Below, one piece after another: positions 58,447 through 64,000 of a DNA stretch of 64,000 nucleotides; the stretch's first letter is position 1, and the number at the start of each line of letters is the position of its first letter. Source of the DNA: an uncultured Acidobacteriota bacterium (lineage in GTDB: Bacteria > Acidobacteriota > Vicinamibacteria > Vicinamibacterales > UBA2999); contig CAWFEX010000008.1 in assembly GCA_963814955.1 (NCBI GenBank), forward strand, positions 755,992 to 819,991, given 5' to 3'. Position numbers and translations under genes: made by a program. The notes below the pieces were generated by a model, which was given only the letters and a program-made list of their open reading frames with translations, had not been told where the DNA came from and made no database searches.

Positions 58447-59304
58447 ATGAGGGTTTTCCGCCTGGTGAGCGCCGCCGCGATGGTGATGGTGCTCGTTCTA
58501 CCGCCGACAGCGGTCAGTGCCCAGCGCGAGAGCGGCCGAGACCGCGACCGGCACCGGGACGGCAACTCAACCGATCGGGCCGGAGTGAAACAACCCCGTG
58601 CCGTAAAACCCACAGCCGTCAGGGAGGTCGTCATAGGACCGCCGGTAGTCGTGCAACAGCCTATCGTCGCCGGCTGGGCAACACAGGGGGTGCCCGGCGC
58701 CACTGGTTTTGGTTCCGTGCCAGTCCGCACGGGCTTTGGAACGCAGCCAATAAGGACCGGTTTCGAAACGGGATTCGTCCGCACCGGATTCGGGGCTCAG
58801 ACTCTCACCCAGATTCCCCCGTCGAACCCGCGACGGGAAAGCTTCCGATCAAAGGGCTTCCACCACGCGAAACAGCGGACCGGAGTGCTCGTTATTGCTT
58901 ATCCGGTGCCTTACCCGTACGCGTACCTCCCTGAGTCGGGCTTCACGACATCATCGACCGCGACGTATCTCCCGCCGTTCCCGCAACGACGCAGCGTTCA
59001 TGGTGTTACGGGCGTGTCAGCAGGGCCGTCGACTTACTGGATGGATCTGACGAGCGAGACGGGGCCGGCCAGCGGGTTGAGCTTCAACGTGAAGCCCGCT
59101 GCGACCCAGGTTTACGTGGACGGCAATTATCTCGGCACTGTTCAGGACTTCTCCATCGACAGCGGACCACTCATCGTCGTCCCCGGACACTATCGGTTGG
59201 AGTTGCGTTTGCGCGGATATCGAACGATCGCGCTCGATGTATCCCTTGCGGCCGGTCAGGTCATTCCGTACGAGGGAGAACTGGAACAGCTGCGACCTTT
59301 TTAG
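58447..59304 (+). CDS. Exported PEGA-domain protein
   Basis: Signal peptide MRVFRLVSAAAMVMVLVLPPTAVSA, an internal (V/I)RTGF repeat run, and the C-terminal PEGA-like VYVDGNYLGT...PGHYRLELRLRGYRT. Confidence 0.75.
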   Translation: MRVFRLVSAAAMVMVLVLPPTAVSAQRESGRDRDRHRDGNSTDRAGVKQPRAVKPTAVREVVIGPPVVVQQPIVAGWATQGVPGATGFGSVPVRTGFGTQPIRTGFETGFVRTGFGAQTLTQIPPSNPRRESFRSKGFHHAKQRTGVLVIAYPVPYPYAYLPESGFTTSSTATYLPPFPQRRSVHGVTGVSAGPSTYWMDLTSETGPASGLSFNVKPAATQVYVDGNYLGTVQDFSIDSGPLIVVPGHYRLELRLRGYRTIALDVSLAAGQVIPYEGELEQLRPF

Positions 59305-59356
59305 CGAGCACCGCTCGCGTGGCGTTGCAGGCGCTCGAAAACCAGAGGGAATGGGA

Positions 59357-59379
59357 GGGGCCGCCCGGCGGACGGCCCC
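59357..59379. terminator. Weak hairpin between convergent genes
   Basis: 7-bp stem ggggccg ... cggcccc with a 9-nt loop, between the stops at 59304 (+) and 59387 (-). Confidence 0.35.
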
Positions 59380-59386
59380 GACACCG

Positions 59387-59956
59387 TTACTTGGCGGTGA
59401 TGATCGGGTGGCCGCGACGGTTCTGCTGCCAGCAACCCTCGTTTGTATCGAAACAGACAGGCGTTTCTTCGCCTTTGGTGACCACCAGCACGCGATCCGG
59501 CGTGACGCCGAGGCTGGCCATGTAATCTTTGACCGCGTTCGCGCGGCGCTCGCCCAACGCCAGGTTGTACTCACCGGTGCCACGGTCGTCGCAATGACCC
59601 TCGATCGTGACCCGCGTCGATTTCCACCGCATCAGCCACTCGGCATTCCGCTGCAGAACGACCCGCGCGTCTTCACGAAGCGTCGAATCGTCCAGATTGA
59701 ACAGGACGTCGGCCAGCGGCCGTTCGGCGTTGAGCTGGTCCAGCGTCTTTTGCGCGAAGAGCTCCTCTTCACTCAGCGCCGTGGAGGCCGTTGCCGGTGC
59801 GGGCGCAGCCGTCCGCGAAGGGGGAGGGGGAGGCGCATCGACGACGGGCGACGGAGGGGCATTGCTGGCCGTTGCCGGCGGTACCTTCTTGCCGCATCCC
59901 ATCGACACGATCGCCGTACACAGAATCGTCAGCCCTACGAAATACAGGCGTCTCAT
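59387..59956 (-). CDS. pal: Peptidoglycan-associated lipoprotein (OmpA family)
   Basis: GGAGGA RBS. Lipobox IVSMGC, a Pro/Ala-rich linker, and VLFNLDDSTLREDARVVLQRNAEWL...VTIEGHCDDRGTGEYNLALGERRANAVKDYM. Confidence 0.85.
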   Translation of the reverse strand: MRRLYFVGLTILCTAIVSMGCGKKVPPATASNAPPSPVVDAPPPPPSRTAAPAPATASTALSEEELFAQKTLDQLNAERPLADVLFNLDDSTLREDARVVLQRNAEWLMRWKSTRVTIEGHCDDRGTGEYNLALGERRANAVKDYMASLGVTPDRVLVVTKGEETPVCFDTNEGCWQQNRRGHPIITAK

Positions 59957-60092
59957 ACTTTCGTTCCTCCTTGTCCCACCGATGTCATCAATAACGGTGA
60001 TTTCGGCTGATGGAGGCGAAGTCTTGAGACACGTACTCGACGGTAGGCGGCGGTTTTTGGACGGCGCCGAATCAAGGATGCAGTGCTGTGAA

Positions 60093-61632
60093 CTAACGGG
60101 TCGAATCCTCTGGCTCCAGAGACGTTTTCGCGACGGCCGCCGCATCAGCCGTGCGGTGTTCCAGCGCCGCCTCGAACAAATGCTGAATCTTCTCGCTCTC
60201 CCGGTATTCCGCGAGAATCGCGCGGCGGCCGCTCGTCTGGGCGTCGTCAATCGCATACGCGAGCACGGTGGCCATCACGGTGCCTTCTTCCGTGTTGGTC
60301 TGTGCAAAACGTGTCTCGAATGCGCGCAACACAGGCTCGAACGACGCGTCGTCCCACTGTTCCTGCCCTGCATCGAGACGGACGAACTCGCTCAGGACCG
60401 AGGCAAACGATTCGCTCGGGGGCCGATGCCAAAACGACACGTCGGGACCGAACTCCTCGACATACATGGGGAGATAGACCGTTCCTCGGGCGGGCACGCG
60501 TGTCTGGAGTGCGGGATTGAACCGGCGGACCTCGTCGGCCGACAGCCCCGTCCGCCGCGTTATCTCCGCCAGCGGAATCGGTCGAAGCGCTCGCATTGCA
60601 TAGATCCGGGTCTGGGGAGTTTCGGCCGTCAGCACGTTGACGGTGAACGTGTTTCCAAAAACCATCTCCGAATACAGATACGAGCGCGGCCCATATGTCC
60701 GGTAAATATCGCGGTAGCGGTAAAGCGAGATCTTCCGAACGTCTCTGGCGAACTGCGATCCAAGGAAATACTGATCGCGAACACTCGTGCCGCCGAGGCG
60801 TTCGCCGCTGATCAGTGTCCGCCCTACGTTGGTTCCGCCGCTGTGGTGTTCGGACAGCGCAGGGATGAACGATCCGTACTTCGTGGCGAGGATCGTCAGG
60901 TACGCTGCACAATATGGCGCTTGCGTCGTCTGGCTGTAGCCCTCGATTTCATGCGGCGAAAGACGGTTCAATCGCCTCCAGTTCGTCAGGAGCCACTGAC
61001 AGAATCCAACGGCCCGCGCGGCTGAACGCCGTGTGGGATGGAAGCCTGATTCGATGGCGGCCTGCGCCAGGCCAATCTCCCCCGGGACGCCGAATCGCTC
61101 ATAAATCGCCGCCCACTCCTTCAGGAAGCTGCCGTATCGGCGCGCCTGCGGGAGGACGAACTGACCGCGCGTCGGGTTGTGGACGACCGGACCCACCAGC
61201 GGTTCGAGCAGCGCGGCAACCTGCTCGCGGCGGTCGTCCAGTCTTCTCGCGAGCTGTCGGCCTGCCAGGAGTCCCTTGGCGCGATCGTCGTACCAGACCG
61301 CCTCGCGCGCCCAATCCCCTTTCGTGGGAAACACTGCCAGGAGCCGTCCATCGACGGCGCTGCCAAAAGCGATGAAGTTGTCGGGAATCGTGAAGATGTG
61401 TTGCCAGAACGCGTACCCGGGCCGGAACGACACCATCGCGGCAAGGTCGTCACTCCAGCGGCTTTTCGATACACGTGTACGCCCCCTCCGCGTCCCCCGG
61501 CGTGCCGAGGCTCGACCCGGAGCTCGAGGACAGACCGACTCCCGGCGCCTGCGCGCCGACGGAGGGCACAGTGAGGTCGAGACTTGCAATCGCCGCAACG
61601 GCAGCCACTGCCAGCCCGATCGTTTTTCTCAT
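60093..61632 (-). pseudogene. Exported lytic transglycosylase (SLT domain plus LysM-like segment); +1 frame break between about 61452 and 61482
   Basis: The signal peptide MRKTIGLAVAAVAAIASLDL... (frame of ORF 61450..61698) stops at 61450. The body continues in the +1 frame (RWSDDLAAMVSFRPGYAFWQHIF...). The SLT catalytic region is GLAQAAIESGFHPTRRSAARAVGFCQWL. Confidence 0.7.
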
Positions 61633-61837
61633 TTGCGAATGGCGGAATGATAGCCGAAGCAGCGGCGTTGCCATTCGCCTGCCATCGATAAACTGCACAA
61701 CGAATGACGTAGTTGGCGCTCACTACGTCGGTTTTATCGAAATCTGTAAGCAGAATTACGAATAACGGGAGCGTGGTGTACTATCCGCTCGTGCCGGACG
61801 GCCGGTTCCGAAATCCGGCGATACGGGAGGCTCGATC

Positions 61838-62494
61838 ATGCGCCTGATTCCACTCACTGCGGCAGCGTTGATCCTGTTCACGTGCGAACCCGCCACGGCC
61901 CAGAACTGGCGCGAGTTTACCAGTCAAAAGGACTTCTTCATCGTCAACTTCCCCGGTGAACCCACGGTGAAAGACGTCACTTATCCGACCGAATTTGGCA
62001 TCAACTTGCCGGGGCGCGTGTATAGCGTCGAGGATGGGTCGAACCGCTACTCGATCACCGTCGTGGATTACGCGCCCGGGGAACGGATCCATGCGGACCG
62101 CGCCAGGAATTGCCAGGGATATCCCGATACGTGCACGAACCGCTGGATGAATGACCTGCGAGGCGCGCTCGACTACGCCGTGTCGAAGTACATTCAACAG
62201 AAAGGCACGGTGACGTACTACGCGTTCGCCGACTCGGACCGGGTTGAAGGACGCCGGGTACAACTGACCAACGCCAACGAGTCGCGTACCTTCGTCGCCA
62301 TCTACATGCACCGGAATCGCCTCTATATTCTGGATGGCACCGTTTCTCCGAGTGCGCCGCCGCCGGCGCTGTTTCAGCAGAATTTTGGATTCTTCGACGA
62401 GGAGGGCGTCAGGGTTCGCTATCGGACGCTGTACTCGAACCTGTACCCGGCCCCTCCGCGGGAGGAGACCCGGGGCCGGCTGCAGGGTTGCTAG
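61838..62494 (+). CDS. Exported hypothetical protein (218 aa)
   Basis: GGGAGG RBS. Signal peptide MRLIPLTAAALILFTCEPATA. Good coding character. No family was recognised. Its 3' end overlaps the convergent Sel1 ORF. Confidence 0.65.
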   Translation: MRLIPLTAAALILFTCEPATAQNWREFTSQKDFFIVNFPGEPTVKDVTYPTEFGINLPGRVYSVEDGSNRYSITVVDYAPGERIHADRARNCQGYPDTCTNRWMNDLRGALDYAVSKYIQQKGTVTYYAFADSDRVEGRRVQLTNANESRTFVAIYMHRNRLYILDGTVSPSAPPPALFQQNFGFFDEEGVRVRYRTLYSNLYPAPPREETRGRLQGC

Positions 62495-64000
62495 CGACGG
62501 TGGGCTCGCCACAATTCTGGAACTTCGACTCCACGCACACGGCAACGCGCGCCTTCGCGTCCTGAAGTTGATCCGGCCCTAACATCGCGGCTACCTTGTC
62601 GCGGCTCCCCGCGGCCCCGATGTCCGCCCGCGTCTGCGCCACTGCTAACCAGACGTACGCTTGAACGAAGTCGCGCGTTCCGCTGCGGCCGGTGGCGTAC
62701 ATCAGGCCGAGCTCGGCTTGAGCTGGCGGATATCCTTGTGAAGCGGCAACGCGATACAGCCGCATCGCCTCGGCGTTGTCCACGGGCATGCCGTCGCCGC
62801 GCACGTACATCTCGGCCAGGTAAAAGGACGCGGGTGGGAATCCCGCCTTTGCCGCGCGCTCGAACCATCCTCGTGCTTCGGCAGGATTTCTCGACACGCC
62901 GGCGCCGCGGAGGTACATCAGCCCGACGCCAATCTGCGCCGGCGCATAGTTCTTTTCGGCCGCGAGTCGGAGCCATCGCAACGCCTCGGCCTGGTTCCGG
63001 GTCACGCCGCGGCCGTCCAGAAGCGCTCTGCCGATTTCGAACTGCCCCCTCACATCGCCCTGATCGGCGGCACGCCGATACCATCGTGCCGCCTCCCTCT
63101 CGTCGCGGCGCACGCCCCGGCCCATCGCATGGAGAGTGCCGAGCACGTACGCTGCGTCTGGATTTTCGCCGTCAGCGGCAAGTTGAAACCATCGAATCGC
63201 TTCCGTCTCGTCTTTCGCGACACCCTGGCCCTCGAGGTACATCACCCCGAGCGCGTACTGTGCCCCCGTGTGCTTCTGCTCGGCGGCAAGGCGATACCAG
63301 CGGCTCGCCTCCGCGTCATCTTTCGGAACGCCACGACCCGCGCCGTACATGAACCCAAGCGCGAACTGCGCGACTGCCTCCTTCTGATCCGCGGCGAGCC
63401 GATACCACCGCAGCGCCTCGCGATCGTCCTTGACGACACCGCGACCCTCCGCATACATCCTTCCCAGACCGTATTGCGCGCCGGCATGCTGTTGCCCGGC
63501 AGCGCGGCGTACCATTCGAGGGCTTCCGAGTCGCTTTGCTCAACGCCACGGCCAGTGGCAAATCGGTTGCCCAGATCGTATTCAGCGCTCGCGAATTGTT
63601 GATCCGCCGCGAGCCGAATCCAACGAACCGCTTCGGCGTCGTCGGCAGGAACACCGCGGCCGCTCGCGTACATGGCTCCCAGCGCGAATTGCGCAGCGGC
63701 ATGTTTCTGGTTCGCGGCGGTCCGGTACCAGCGCACGGCCTCGACATCGTTCTGGGCGACACCCTCGCCTTCTGCAAGAAGAACCCCGAGTACTGTACTG
63801 AGCGTCTGCGTATCCGTTCTCCGCTGCCAGAGCAAACCATCGACTGGCCTCTGCCGGAGCCTTCGTCACGCCTCGACCGGCCTCGTACCAACCGCGCGAG
63901 CTCGAATTGCGCGGGCGCGAAGCGCTGCTCAGCGGCGCGGCGATACCACGCCGCGGCCCTGGCGTCATCGTGTGGCAAGAGCACGCCTCGTCGATAGAAG
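62409..64000 (-). pseudogene. Sel1-repeat (TPR-like) protein, 5' end outside the window; three frame breaks as sequenced
   Basis: More than 12 consecutive Sel1 units (AQYxLGxMYxxGxGVxxDxxEAxxWYRxAA). The repeat register continues across the breaks at 63885-63889 (FELARL|YEAGRGVTK), 63790-63798 (ADAQYS|LGVLLAEGEGV) and 63509-63513 (SEALEWY|RRAAGQQHAGAQ). Confidence 0.8.

Noticed and set aside
61635-61729. Two hairpins in the 61633-61837 intergenic region (gcgaatggc...gccattcgc and gacgtagt...actacgtc) as a possible small RNA or riboswitch
   Set aside because: The stems are short with large or unstructured loops. I see no recognisable riboswitch core and cannot assess conservation. They may simply be leader or promoter structure for the divergent genes.
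1-64000. rRNA, tRNA, prophage, integrase, transposase or toxin-antitoxin content
   Set aside because: By eye I recognised no cloverleaf-like intergenic segment, no rRNA-like conserved tract and no mobile-element protein motif. The intergenic regions are short. A tRNA or ncRNA scan would be needed to exclude small RNAs formally.

Overview
High-GC (about two-thirds G+C by eye) bacterial chromosomal segment. The gene content and the hairpin repeats suggest an Acidobacteriota-like soil bacterium, but this is inference only. I can support about 45 protein-coding genes. I recognised no rRNA, tRNA, CRISPR array, transposase or integrase. Three themes dominate. (1) Signal transduction is very dense: a 3xGAF-2xPAS hybrid histidine kinase with a coupled receiver, a 1247-aa kinase with two complete HK cores and two receivers, a DUF4118-3xPAS hybrid kinase, a Ser/Thr kinase fused to a beta-propeller, and a GAF / degenerate sigma54-type AAA+ / Ser/Thr kinase fusion. 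(2) Envelope and exported functions are numerous: a ~2845-codon cyclic beta-1,2-glucan synthase-like gene, Pal, OmpA-like and Omp85-like proteins, PAP2, a PEGA protein, a lytic transglycosylase, a Sel1-repeat protein, and two tandem endostatin-like secreted proteins. (3) There are scattered catabolic or redox genes: a PQQ dehydrogenase, TauD, an amidohydrolase, a Tat-signal HAD dehalogenase, FAH, cupins and TrxC. The most striking sequence-level signal is at least 15 single-base reading-frame breaks in conserved genes. Thirteen behave as one extra base. Eight sit exactly at GGTAC/GTACC, with the G/C next to GTAC gained or lost. This points either to a motif-specific systematic sequencing error, possibly tied to DNA modification at GTAC, or to a genuine GTAC-linked indel hotspot. 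I cannot tell these apart from the sequence alone. Other items worth a second look are an orphan PilT translationally coupled to an internally duplicated unknown protein, a HerA-like ATPase bracketed by inverted copies of a REP-like palindrome, and an exported tandem class II aldolase whose second domain has lost its metal ligands. All function calls rest on motifs read by eye. No database search was run.
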